A DNA stretch of 61,530 nt from Rikenellaceae bacterium. Lineage in GTDB: Bacteria > Bacteroidota > Bacteroidia > Bacteroidales > UBA932. This document shows positions 7,711 through 17,052 of this stretch, piece by piece; the stretch's first letter is position 1; the number at the start of each line of letters is the position of its first letter. A program made the translations under genes and the position numbers. A model generated the notes under the pieces. That model saw nothing but the letters and a program-made list of their open reading frames with translations, was not told where the DNA came from and ran no database searches. The DNA lies in assembly GCA_900769735.1 (NCBI GenBank), contig CAAGHY010000062.1, positions 1 through 61,530 on the forward strand, written 5' to 3'.

Positions 7711-8277
7711 TTACTTAAGTATAATTTTACAATCATCCAAGCTCTCTATAATTGCAAGGGACTCTACATGAATTCCAGCCTTACACAGTTCCTCCCTTCC
7801 ATGCTGGAATGATTTTTCAATAAGGAATCCCATTCCTTCCAAAACTGCTCCAGCCTGATTTACCAGATCTATGATCCCTTTTGCGGCATTACCGTTAGCC
7901 AGGAAATCATCTATAAAGAGGACCCTGTCATTTTTCCCGAGATATTCAGAACTTACGCAAACTTTATATGAAGTCTGTTTTGTGAATGAATATACATCAG
8001 TCACATAAAAATCATCCATAGTGCTTGGCACTTTCTTCTTGGCAAACACAACCGGGACATTGAGAAAATACCCCACCATAATGGCAGGAGCAATACCACT
8101 TGCCTCTACAGTCATCACCTTATTAATGTTGTGCCCTGAGAATCGTCTCACCAACTCCATTGCCATCTCCCGCATAAATACAGGATCCATCTGATGATTT
8201 ATAAAGTTATCCACCTTAAGTACTCCACCAGGCAAACAAGTGCCGTCCCTAAGAATACGTTCCTTCAACTGTTTCAT
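7711..8277 (-). CDS. xpt: Xanthine phosphoribosyltransferase
   Basis: [25 protein letters not shown] and the PRPP loop [13 protein letters not shown]. 188 aa. Confidence 0.9.
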   Translation of the reverse strand: MKQLKERILRDGTCLPGGVLKVDNFINHQMDPVFMREMAMELVRRFSGHNINKVMTVEASGIAPAIMVGYFLNVPVVFAKKKVPSTMDDFYVTDVYSFTKQTSYKVCVSSEYLGKNDRVLFIDDFLANGNAAKGIIDLVNQAGAVLEGMGFLIEKSFQHGREELCKAGIHVESLAIIESLDDCKIILK

Positions 8278-8289
8278 AAGTATCTTGAA

Positions 8290-9006
8290 TTAAAAAGTCC
8301 ATTTTGCACCCAAAGCAGGCATTATGTCAAACCCTTTATCTACAAAGTTTGATGAAATCTCCAGCTCACCACCTACTGAAAGATTGATTTTCTCCCAACC
8401 TTTTGCTTTGTTAAGGTTTACCCACAACTGTGGCTCTGTCATGAAAATATACTCCGTACCTTGCCAAGGTCGGGCCTCCTTCCAGAAATCTGCAAAGCCG
8501 CTGAATGAGCACCATCCGTTTGCAAACGAGATGCCCCATACTCCGGTGATCTGGAAATTATGGTTCTGTTTCTTGCCGTTCAAACCCACAGTACCCGGAA
8601 TAAGCTTGTACATTGCAGAAAGAGACCAGGTTTTGCTGAAATCCTTTGAATGGCCTGAATATGTAAGACCTCCCAACCAGCAATTATTGAAAGAACCTGC
8701 AGAAGTATTCAAACCGCCGTCAAACTCCGCGTGCACAGAAAGCCAAGCCATACTGCTCTCCTGCCAGAAACAGAACTCGCGGGAAATCTCCCAATAGGCA
8801 CCGCTCACCTTTGGAGTATAATCCATATCAATAAAAAAGAACGTGCTTCCGAACGAATCAGGACGGAACATCTCCACAGTTGATGTTGCACAATTTCTCT
8901 CAGTATCATACAACAACTGGACATTCTGTGCATCGGCTTTACCGGCAGACGCAAACAATACCCCAACAAGGGCAGCACAGAACAAAAGTACTTTTTTAAT
9001 AATCAC
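8290..9006 (-). CDS. Small outer-membrane beta-barrel (Tsx-like/DUF5020-like putative nucleoside or nucleobase channel)
   Basis: Signal peptide ending ADAQ, alternating beta-strand pattern, and a C-terminal KWTF. The start codon is GTG (the reverse complement of 9004-9006). First gene of the xpt operon. Confidence 0.65.
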   Translation of the reverse strand: MIIKKVLLFCAALVGVLFASAGKADAQNVQLLYDTERNCATSTVEMFRPDSFGSTFFFIDMDYTPKVSGAYWEISREFCFWQESSMAWLSVHAEFDGGLNTSAGSFNNCWLGGLTYSGHSKDFSKTWSLSAMYKLIPGTVGLNGKKQNHNFQITGVWGISFANGWCSFSGFADFWKEARPWQGTEYIFMTEPQLWVNLNKAKGWEKINLSVGGELEISSNFVDKGFDIMPALGAKWTF

Positions 9007-9029
9007 AAGTGTTTAAATTTATTATTGCA

Positions 9030-9037
9030 CAAATATA
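9030..9037 (-). promoter_or_regulatory. -7 box TATATTTG for the OM channel-xpt-permease operon
   Basis: A TAnnTTTG match on the minus strand lies 24 nt upstream of the GTG start. Confidence 0.45.
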
Positions 9038-9069
9038 CATCAAAATATAAAAACCGCACGAACTTCCAT

Positions 9070-9483
9070 CTATAAGACCATCAGTAGCGTACCTATAGTG
9101 ATGAGGACACATCCTACAATGGACTTGATTGTAAACGCCTCCTTAAGGAAAACCACGGCAAGAATAATGGTAAAGACAATACTCAACTTGTCCACCGGCA
9201 CAACTTTGGATGCTGCACCTATCTGCAAGGCCTTATAATAGAAAAGCCAGGAAAATCCTGTAGCCAAGCCTGAAAGAATAAGAAAAGTCCAGCTCTTTTT
9301 ACTTATATCCGCCATTCCCCCTTGAGAATTGGTAATGAAAACCATTCCCCAGGCAAGAAGTACCACAACCACAGTTCTTATGGCCGTTGCCAGATTTGAA
9401 TTTACCCCTTCAATACCTATTTTGGCAAGGATGGAAGTAAGGGCTGCAAAAACTGCAGAAAGCAAAGCAAGGATAAGCCACAT
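9070..9483 (-). CDS. Single-domain EamA/DMT-family small membrane transporter
   Basis: 137 aa, four to five TM helices, EamA-like pattern. Confidence 0.75.
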   Translation of the reverse strand: MWLILALLSAVFAALTSILAKIGIEGVNSNLATAIRTVVVVLLAWGMVFITNSQGGMADISKKSWTFLILSGLATGFSWLFYYKALQIGAASKVVPVDKLSIVFTIILAVVFLKEAFTIKSIVGCVLITIGTLLMVL

Positions 9484-9574
9484 AGCATATTGTTTAAGTT
9501 CAATACAAATTTACACCTCCTTTGGCAATATACCAAAGAATGACTAAATTTGAAGCAAACTAAAATTTCAATCT

Positions 9575-11113
9575 ATGAGAAACTATTTCAAGAAATCATT
9601 GCTTGCTGTATCATTGGGTCTGCTTATGGGACTTACAGCCTGCAACAGCAACCCAACAGAAAAGTATTACAAATCTATCCCTCAGGAGTTTGACGCAATG
9701 TGCCAGCGTGCAATTGACGAGTGGAAAGTTCCTGGAATGGCAGTAGCCGTAGTAAAGGACGGTGAAGTTGTATTTATGAAAGGATACGGAAACGCACACC
9801 TTGGAGATTCAACAACTGCACCAATCCCAGTAACCCCACAAACACAGTTTGTAATTGCATCCACATCAAAAGCATTCACATCAGGCCTTTTGGCAAACGT
9901 AATGGATGAGTATCCGGAGATCAAATGGGATGCACCGGTTGTAAATTATCTTCCCGATTTCAAACTCTATGATCCTTGGGTAAACAAGAACTTCCAGGTA
10001 AGGGACATTATGTCACACCACAGTGGATTCAACAGCTACGCATTGGATGACCTTCCTACTTGGGGCTATGACCGTGATGACCTATACAAAATTTACTCAG
10101 TTGTACAGCCAACCTACAGCTTCCGAACAAAATATGCATACAACAACAGTATGTATACCATATCTGCAAAAATCATTGAGAAATACACCGGCAAGAGCTG
10201 GGATGATGCTTTGATTGAGAGAATATTCACTCCACTTGAGATGAAGAACAGTACAACCGGAAACAAGGCATTCTACACTGCGGAGAACCTTGCACAGGGA
10301 TACAGAATGAGAAAAGCTGAGGATAAGGATGAGATTACCGTAGTTCCTCGTACAGACAAAGATGACGCATTTGCTTGGCTTTCAGCTGTAGCACCTGCAG
10401 GCTTTGTAATCTCTACAGTTGAGGATATGGCAAACTGGGTTAAGATGCACCTTAACCACGGTACGTTCAATGGCCAGGAGATCATCTCACGCAAGAACCA
10501 CGATATGCTTTTCTATCCTCAGACCATCACCGGAAGCGATTCAACACGCCTTACCAACTATGCACAGGGCTGGACAGTTGAGTACGGTCTTCAGGGACGC
10601 TACATCAGACACACCGGTTTGGCATACGGTTATACCGCTCTTGTAGGATTGCAGCCTGAGCTTAACCTTGGTTTTGTATTCCTTACAAACAACGGCAGCA
10701 CTTCAGACCCTCAATCAGCATTGGGTAGAGACCTTATTGAGCTTTACAAAGGCAATAAAGAAACCGCTCACTTTGACGAGTACCTTGCAGACTACAAAGA
10801 GGACTTGTTCAGCAATGACGAAGAAGAGACAAAAGAGGCAGAGACTCCTGTTGCACCTCTTGCCAACAAAGCATACACCGGCAGCTATACACTTGAGCCG
10901 TTCGGTACTGCAAAAGTTTATGAGAAAGACGGCACACTTTACTTCAACCTTAGAAAAGTTGATGCCCCTCTAACCCACAAAAACGGCAACACATTCAAAT
11001 TCTATGCTCCTGGTTCAGGTACATACGATTTGATCTTTACCGTTAAAGGCAGCAAAGTACAGTCACTTACATTTGACATCAACGATCCTGTAGGCGAGTT
11101 TGTGCGTAAATAA
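9575..11113 (+). CDS. Serine hydrolase of the beta-lactamase/transpeptidase-like family (lipoprotein)
   Basis: Lipobox LTAC, the S-x-x-K motif ASTSKAF, and the Y-x-N motif YAYNNS. 512 aa with a C-terminal extension domain. Confidence 0.85.
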   Translation: MRNYFKKSLLAVSLGLLMGLTACNSNPTEKYYKSIPQEFDAMCQRAIDEWKVPGMAVAVVKDGEVVFMKGYGNAHLGDSTTAPIPVTPQTQFVIASTSKAFTSGLLANVMDEYPEIKWDAPVVNYLPDFKLYDPWVNKNFQVRDIMSHHSGFNSYALDDLPTWGYDRDDLYKIYSVVQPTYSFRTKYAYNNSMYTISAKIIEKYTGKSWDDALIERIFTPLEMKNSTTGNKAFYTAENLAQGYRMRKAEDKDEITVVPRTDKDDAFAWLSAVAPAGFVISTVEDMANWVKMHLNHGTFNGQEIISRKNHDMLFYPQTITGSDSTRLTNYAQGWTVEYGLQGRYIRHTGLAYGYTALVGLQPELNLGFVFLTNNGSTSDPQSALGRDLIELYKGNKETAHFDEYLADYKEDLFSNDEEETKEAETPVAPLANKAYTGSYTLEPFGTAKVYEKDGTLYFNLRKVDAPLTHKNGNTFKFYAPGSGTYDLIFTVKGSKVQSLTFDINDPVGEFVRK

Positions 11114-11155
11114 AGTTACGTTGTCTTTTTGTGTAAAAGACTGATTTTAAATCAT

Positions 11156-11192
11156 AAAAAAAGGATGCGGAGTTTCCTACATCCTTTTTTTT
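11156..11192. terminator. Bidirectional intrinsic terminator
   Basis: A7-AGGATG...CATCCT-T8 is symmetric, with A/T runs on both sides. Confidence 0.65.
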
Positions 11193-11304
11193 ATTGGATC
11201 CTAACCCAGTAAAGTGTCACTCCCACCCCCAGGATTGTACCTCTCAGTTTAAGTTTCTCCGGTGTTTCAAACTCTGCAATAATTGAAAATAAAAGTTTCT
11301 TCAT
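11191..11304 (-). CDS. Candidate unannotated small ORF (37 aa): MKKLLFSIIAEFETPEKLKLRGTILGVGVTLYWVRIQ
   Basis: ATG at 11302-11304 (minus strand). The stop TAA sits inside the T-run of the bidirectional terminator. Below the 60-aa ORF-track cut-off, and no promoter box was found. Confidence 0.25.
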   Translation of the reverse strand: MKKLLFSIIAEFETPEKLKLRGTILGVGVTLYWVRIQ

Positions 11305-11317
11305 CTTTAGGTTTGTT

Positions 11318-11325
11318 TAATTTTG
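11318..11325 (+). promoter_or_regulatory. -7 box TAATTTTG for the thioesterase gene
   Basis: A TAnnTTTG match lies 26 nt upstream of the ATG at 11351. Confidence 0.45.
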
Positions 11326-11350
11326 TAGGCAAATATTTAACTGAGAATTT

Positions 11351-11830
11351 ATGAAAAAGATTATAAACCCTTATGCCGGTACAGCTGAGGAATTGGGATA
11401 TAATTGTTTTGCTTGTGCTCCTGCCAATCCTTATGGTCTCAAGATGGAGTTTTATGAAGATGGGGATGATATTGTAAGTTTTTGGGAACCTGACAGAAAT
11501 TTTCAGAGTTGGATTGACACCCTGCACGGAGGAATTCAGGCAACTCTAATGGATGAAGTTGGAGGATGGTTCATTTTCAGGAAGTTCCAGACTTCTGCAA
11601 TGACAACCAACCTGAATATAAAATACAAGAATCCAGTACCCATTGACGGCAAACTGGAGATAAGGGCAAAAATGAAGGAGCAGAAAAGGGTGTTTGTCTT
11701 TCTGGAGATTACTTTAACCTGTAATGGTATCCTTTGTTCAAGTGCAGAGGCTACATATTTCTGTTTCTCCAAAGAAAAAGCGGAAAAGGAATTCCACTTC
11801 CGTCCTCATAAAACGGAAGATGAGATATAA
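11351..11830 (+). CDS. Hotdog-fold (PaaI-like) thioesterase
   Basis: 159 aa with a LHGGIQATLMDEVGG-type motif. Confidence 0.8.
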   Translation: MKKIINPYAGTAEELGYNCFACAPANPYGLKMEFYEDGDDIVSFWEPDRNFQSWIDTLHGGIQATLMDEVGGWFIFRKFQTSAMTTNLNIKYKNPVPIDGKLEIRAKMKEQKRVFVFLEITLTCNGILCSSAEATYFCFSKEKAEKEFHFRPHKTEDEI

Positions 11831-11854
11831 AGAAAGGGTGACTTGAGTCACCCT

Positions 11855-13915
11855 TTACTGTTTCTTGGCAGGATAGGCAATTCTTGCGTGATATATCTCC
11901 TGAAGATGTTTCTTGAATACAGCCTTAACCATATTTATCTCTTTGATTGAGATGTCGGCAAGGGCCAACTGGGAATCGGAAATTCGTTGGCTGGTAATGC
12001 TGTCCACAAGTTTTGAGATACTCTCTGCAGAGTAGTCCTTCAAAGTGCGGGAAGCTGCCTCCACCGCATCCGCCATCATTACCACAACCTGCTCTTTGGC
12101 TGTAGGAAGTGTTCCCTGGTAAGTAAAATCCTCAATATCTGAAGGATCACCGCCGTTGTTGCAGTACTGTGTATAGAAGTATCCGGTCTGCGACCTTCCG
12201 TGATGGGAAGTAATGAAATCAATCACCACCTGCGGCAAGTTATGCTTGCGGGCAAGCTCTACACCTGCCGAAACGTGCTTGATAATTTCCTGGGCACTCT
12301 CTTTTGGTGACAACCCCTGATGGTAATTCACTCCAGGAGCCTGGTTCTCAATAAAACACTGCGGATTGCTGATCTTTCCTATATCGTGGTACATTGCACC
12401 TACCTTTACAAGACGTGAATTGCCCCTTATGGCCATAACTGCCCTCTCAGCCAGATTGGCAACCTGCAGCGAGTGCTGGAAAGTTCCCGGTGCCTTGCGT
12501 GCAAGTTCCTGCAGAAGGGTATTGTTTGTATCTGAAAGGTCCTTGAGTGTTGCAACTGAAACCAGCGAAAAAATCTTCTCCAGAAGGAATACCAGCGGAT
12601 ATGCAGCCACCACCAGAAATGCATTGCAGAAAATGAGCATCATAACGGTATAGTTCATACCCTCAAGTGTACTGTTCTCCATAAACCTGAACGCAATGTA
12701 CATAATTATCATTCCCACAAAAATGATTAGGGAATTGAGGAACTGCAGCCAGCCTCTGTACAGGAATGAAAATGACACAAGTGCAACTCCTCCGGCTACA
12801 AGATTCATAATGAAAAGCTCTGTTCCGTGCTCGGAAATTACCAGCAAAGGCAACAACAATGCCATATAGATTGGGAAAACAAGCCTGTTCCTGAAAAACG
12901 CCATAAGATACAGGGCAAACACCGCATACGGTACACCAAACATTGTCTGTGCCTCAAATCTGCGGGCTGCAACAGTTACCAGAAATGCCATTACCACAAC
13001 CACCAGAATAAAGTTGAACCTGTTGTCTTCCCTGAGGATATCAAAATTCACAAAATAAATTGTAACAACCATCATAAGGAGCACCATAATGCATATGATG
13101 GCATGGGCAATGTAAAGCTGCCACATATTGCCAGTATAACCGTAGCTGAACTCGTACTCTGCCTTATATGAATCCAACAGCTGCTCAATCTCTGCTGTAA
13201 TTGTCTCACCTTCACTCACTATCAGCTGGCCGGCATAAACCATACCTTTGGTTGGAGAGATATAGTTTACAGCCTCCTTATGCAACAGATCCGTATTCTG
13301 CTGGCTGTATTCAAGGTTAGGCTGTACCAGCTCTGCAATTCCGTATACAGCCATAAGTGAATCTGCATTGCACTCAGGCTTGTTCAGAACCAGATCACTC
13401 TTTATATAGTCAATTCCCTGGCTCACAGTATACAGCTCTGAAAGGAGCTGCTCCCCTGCCCTCTTCTCCTTCTGTACAATTACATATCCGGTACGGGATG
13501 TATTGGAAGAGGAAAGCTCAGAATTATCGGGAATAATACCTGCTTCATAGATATACTGCAGGGATTGTGCAATCTCCTTTTCAATATCCAATGGAATGGA
13601 ATGCTTTACCTGCAGGCGGGCAAGTGCCGAAAGCTGCGCTGCCTCCACAGATTCATCATATACGTAGTATGGGACAACTTTTGAAGCTGCCTCATCCCTT
13701 TCTGCATACAGTTCCGCCTCTGTTTTAAGAATAGGGAAATCCATTGGAGCAATGAGGGTCTCATACATCCACGGACGCCCCTTGTGATACTCATATTTGA
13801 ACTTTCCCTCATTTGGGAAAAATATCATCATAACTATAAATGCAAGCGCCAGGCTCACATAAACAGACCTTTTCTTAAGGATAGCCTTAGTTTTGTGGGT
13901 ATTTATAATTTCCAT
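11855..13915 (-). CDS. 7TM-receptor-linked HD/HDIG phosphohydrolase (PgpH/YqfF-like)
   Basis: 686 aa with an N-terminal extracytoplasmic domain, seven TM helices and a C-terminal HD domain (MYHDIGK ... SHHG). Confidence 0.85.
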   Translation of the reverse strand: MEIINTHKTKAILKKRSVYVSLALAFIVMMIFFPNEGKFKYEYHKGRPWMYETLIAPMDFPILKTEAELYAERDEAASKVVPYYVYDESVEAAQLSALARLQVKHSIPLDIEKEIAQSLQYIYEAGIIPDNSELSSSNTSRTGYVIVQKEKRAGEQLLSELYTVSQGIDYIKSDLVLNKPECNADSLMAVYGIAELVQPNLEYSQQNTDLLHKEAVNYISPTKGMVYAGQLIVSEGETITAEIEQLLDSYKAEYEFSYGYTGNMWQLYIAHAIICIMVLLMMVVTIYFVNFDILREDNRFNFILVVVVMAFLVTVAARRFEAQTMFGVPYAVFALYLMAFFRNRLVFPIYMALLLPLLVISEHGTELFIMNLVAGGVALVSFSFLYRGWLQFLNSLIIFVGMIIMYIAFRFMENSTLEGMNYTVMMLIFCNAFLVVAAYPLVFLLEKIFSLVSVATLKDLSDTNNTLLQELARKAPGTFQHSLQVANLAERAVMAIRGNSRLVKVGAMYHDIGKISNPQCFIENQAPGVNYHQGLSPKESAQEIIKHVSAGVELARKHNLPQVVIDFITSHHGRSQTGYFYTQYCNNGGDPSDIEDFTYQGTLPTAKEQVVVMMADAVEAASRTLKDYSAESISKLVDSITSQRISDSQLALADISIKEINMVKAVFKKHLQEIYHARIAYPAKKQ

Positions 13916-13930
13916 ATCACAAAATTAAAC

Positions 13931-13938
13931 TAATTTTG
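13931..13938 (+). promoter_or_regulatory. -7 box TAATTTTG for the esterase gene
   Basis: A TAnnTTTG match lies 29 nt upstream of the ATG at 13967. Confidence 0.45.
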
Positions 13939-13966
13939 CAGTTCAAACCAAATAACTTGAAATATT

Positions 13967-14767
13967 ATGAAACGTTACGCAGCTGTTCTGCTGATTGCCC
14001 TGTTTGCCCTTGTAAAGGTTAATGCACAGGAACTTATTGTAATTGAGTCACCAAATTTGAAATGCAATGATTCTGTACTTGTGTTCACCCCGGTTAATGT
14101 GAACGAGAACACCTCAACCCTGTTCCTTCTTCACGGTTGGAGCGGTTGCTATGCAAACTGGAGCCAGAAGCACAATATCCAGGAAATTGCAAACAGAACC
14201 AATTTCCGCATCATCTGCCCTGACGGATTCTACAACAGCTGGTATCTCAACAACACAGACGCAGACAAAATGCAGTGGAGAACCTTCTTCTGGGAGGAGA
14301 TGTTCCCTATGATGCAGAAAAAATACAATCTTGTTCCCGACAATACCTTCATTACAGGTTTGAGTATGGGAGGCCACGGTGCAATGAACCTTTTCCTTGA
14401 CAATCCCGATATGTTCAAATCGGCAGGAAGCATGAGCGGCGTGCTTGACCTTGAACTTACCCCACTTAAGGATAAAGAGATTTCAAAAGTAATTGGAGAC
14501 AAAACTGAGAGACTTGCACAGGAGAGTGCAATCAACCGTGTGCACAAGCTTGCTGGAAAGAACAAACCTTTCATTGTAAGCTGCGGATATGATGATTTCT
14601 ACGTAAGATGTACAGACCTTTTCTCTGAGAAATGCCGCTATATGGGTATTCCTCACTTTGTACTTCTAACCCCTGGAAAACACTCTTGGCAGTATTGGGG
14701 ATTTGCCCTTGAGCAGCATATCCACTTCTTCCAGACACTGCTTAGAGGCGAAAATTTGGGATACTAA
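13967..14767 (+). CDS. Secreted alpha/beta-hydrolase esterase (esterase D-like family)
   Basis: Signal peptide, the LLHGW motif and the nucleophile elbow GLSMGG. Confidence 0.8.
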   Translation: MKRYAAVLLIALFALVKVNAQELIVIESPNLKCNDSVLVFTPVNVNENTSTLFLLHGWSGCYANWSQKHNIQEIANRTNFRIICPDGFYNSWYLNNTDADKMQWRTFFWEEMFPMMQKKYNLVPDNTFITGLSMGGHGAMNLFLDNPDMFKSAGSMSGVLDLELTPLKDKEISKVIGDKTERLAQESAINRVHKLAGKNKPFIVSCGYDDFYVRCTDLFSEKCRYMGIPHFVLLTPGKHSWQYWGFALEQHIHFFQTLLRGENLGY

Positions 14768-14817
14768 AAAATACCTGTAAAAATTCTCTCGTGTCATAAG
14801 TTGACAAAACACCGGGG

Positions 14818-14825
14818 TACTTTTG
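14818..14825 (+). promoter_or_regulatory. -7 box TACTTTTG upstream of the small ORF and MFS gene
   Basis: A TAnnTTTG match lies 41 nt upstream of the ATG at 14866. Confidence 0.45.
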
Positions 14826-14865
14826 CACTGTAGTCAAAACAGTACAAATCTTAAATCTAGGTGTT

Positions 14866-14985
14866 ATGAGAGAATTTTTATTTAATGCAATGGGTTATGC
14901 AACTGTAGTTGCAATGGTAATTTCAGTAATTTATACCTGGGGAGAACTTAACAGAGAACTCAGAAAAATGGAGAAAGCCAAATAA
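14866..14985 (+). CDS. Candidate unannotated 39-aa single-pass membrane peptide (MREFLFNAMGYATVVAMVISVIYTWGELNRELRKMEKAK), stop/start-coupled to the MFS gene
   Basis: One clear TM helix is followed by a basic tail. The TAA stop overlaps the ATG of the MFS transporter (TAATG at 14983-14987), and a promoter box lies upstream. Confidence 0.45.
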   Translation: MREFLFNAMGYATVVAMVISVIYTWGELNRELRKMEKAK

Positions 14986-16148
14986 TGCTTTTCAACAGAA
15001 ATTTCATATTGGTAAATTTGGGCAACTTCTTAATGTACAATGCATTTTATATGCTGTTGCCCATTTTGCCACTGTATCTGGCAAAAGATTTGAGTGCCAG
15101 CGAGGCGCTTATAGGAACAATCCTTTCACTTTACACAATAGCGGCACTGGTAACAAGGCCAATAGCCGGCTTCTGGCTTGACAGGACAAGCCGCAAGCCA
15201 CTTATGATGTGCTTCTATATGTTCTACATATCAATGTGTCTGAGCTATACTCTTGCGGCAACCATAGGGCTGTTCTTTGTAATAAGATTCGTACACGGAA
15301 TAGCATTCGGTTCAGCAACTGTAGGAATAAACACTATGGCTGTAGACATCATCCCGGAGGAGCGCAGAGGTGAAGGACTTGGCATCTATACTTCTTCCAC
15401 CAGTCTGGCTATGGCCACAGGTCCGGTAATCTCCCTCTTTATGTATGAAAACGGAATAGATTTCAACCACATCTTCATAACCGTATTCTGCGTAGGACTT
15501 ACAGGTTTCCTTGCAGCAGCCAACATAAAGCCCAAAAAGGATGTGGAACTCTCCACAAAAAAATTCAAGCTCTCAAACCTGCTCCTTAAAGCGGGACTTC
15601 CGGAGGCTGCCGTTATGGTTCTCCTTACCTTTGGTTACGGCATCATTACCGTATACCTTTCAATATACGCCAAAGAAGAGGTGGGAATCGCTCAGGGTAC
15701 CGGATACTACTTTACAATATTCTCTGCAGGTCTGGTTACAGCCCGTCTTTGCTCAGCAATGATCCTCCGCTCCGGAAAATTCATAACAGTGTTCGGATTG
15801 GGAATCTGCTCCCTAATAATAGGCTTCTTCATTGTGGCATTTGTGCACAACCCGGTTGCCTTCTTCTGCTCGGCAATATTTATGGGAACAGGCTACGGCC
15901 TCATCTCCCCTACCGCACAGACAATGATCATCAACCTGGGAAAAGACTCTGAACGAGGGGCAGCCAACGCCACCTACCTTACCTTCTTTGATTTGGGAGT
16001 GGGAGCAGGTGTATTCTTTGGAGGAATAATTGCCCAGTACAGCAACTACTCAACCGCATACGCAGTAGGATTCGTATTCACCATCATTGGTCTGATATAC
16101 CTGCTTACTGTTATAAAGAAACATTTCTACGCAAACAGACTGAGATAG
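14985..16148 (+). CDS. MFS transporter
   Basis: 387 aa, 12 predicted TM helices, and an MFS loop motif WLDRTSRKP. Confidence 0.9.
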   Translation: MLFNRNFILVNLGNFLMYNAFYMLLPILPLYLAKDLSASEALIGTILSLYTIAALVTRPIAGFWLDRTSRKPLMMCFYMFYISMCLSYTLAATIGLFFVIRFVHGIAFGSATVGINTMAVDIIPEERRGEGLGIYTSSTSLAMATGPVISLFMYENGIDFNHIFITVFCVGLTGFLAAANIKPKKDVELSTKKFKLSNLLLKAGLPEAAVMVLLTFGYGIITVYLSIYAKEEVGIAQGTGYYFTIFSAGLVTARLCSAMILRSGKFITVFGLGICSLIIGFFIVAFVHNPVAFFCSAIFMGTGYGLISPTAQTMIINLGKDSERGAANATYLTFFDLGVGAGVFFGGIIAQYSNYSTAYAVGFVFTIIGLIYLLTVIKKHFYANRLR

Positions 16149-16149
16149 T

Positions 16150-17052
16150 ATGAAACTGCACGTTCTCATAGACAATTTACCAAACCCTGCCACCCCTGCC
16201 CTGCAGCACGAGCACGGGCTGAGCATGCTCCTTTCCCTGAAAGGCAACAACTATCTTATAGATACTGGAGCCAGCGGAAAATTTCTGGAGAACCTGCAAC
16301 TTTTAAAGGAAACTGACAACTCTCTTCCATTGGCCGGAGAGATAGATGCCGTTATAATATCGCACGGCCACAATGACCATACAGGTGGCCTTAGAAAGTT
16401 CTTTGAGACCAATGAAACCGCACCGGTATATCTCCATTCAGAGATAAAGGGGAACTGGTTCTTCTCCTGTCGTCCCAAGAACAATGTACACGAAGCCCGC
16501 AGCATAGGTATGGAACAGGCACTGTTTGCAGAATATCCCCAAAGGTTCCTCCAAACAGAAACGCCGGTTGCCATAACCAAAGAGATTACCATTCTCCCAG
16601 CCTCAGCCAATAAAAAGTATGCAACCCCTATGGGAAATGAATTCCTTTATAAAAATGATTTTCCCGATGATTTTTCCCACGAACTCATTACCCTCATAGA
16701 GTACTCTCCAATGTGCTATGCTGTGGTTTCCCCTTGTACCCATAACGGCATCCTGAATGTTCTGGAGGTGTGTGTGGAACATATTATCAAACTATCGGGA
16801 AGAAAAAGGGAAGAATGCTCCGCTATGATAAAATACTTTGTGGGCGGCTTGCATTATGTGGATTATCTACTTATGGAGCAGGGGGAAAAAGAGACCGCCT
16901 CAATACTTGAGACGGCCAAACTTGTTAAGGATATGTATCCTTGTATGAAAATTTTCTCAGGACATTGTACCTGCTCCAACGCCGGAAACACCCTTGAAGG
17001 AATTATGGGTGAGAAGTACAATACTTTCTGTAGCGGTTATACCATACTATAG
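16150..17052 (+). CDS. MBL-fold metallo-hydrolase
   Basis: Contains the H-x-H-x-D-H motif ISHGHNDHTGG. Starts 1 nt after the MFS stop. Confidence 0.8.
   Translation: MKLHVLIDNLPNPATPALQHEHGLSMLLSLKGNNYLIDTGASGKFLENLQLLKETDNSLPLAGEIDAVIISHGHNDHTGGLRKFFETNETAPVYLHSEIKGNWFFSCRPKNNVHEARSIGMEQALFAEYPQRFLQTETPVAITKEITILPASANKKYATPMGNEFLYKNDFPDDFSHELITLIEYSPMCYAVVSPCTHNGILNVLEVCVEHIIKLSGRKREECSAMIKYFVGGLHYVDYLLMEQGEKETASILETAKLVKDMYPCMKIFSGHCTCSNAGNTLEGIMGEKYNTFCSGYTIL

Noticed and set aside
9007-9069. Looked for a guanine/xanthine riboswitch upstream of the xpt operon
   Set aside because: Only 63 nt separate the operon start from the upstream gene, and a -7 box sits 24 nt from the start codon. 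No three-way-junction purine aptamer sequence is present.
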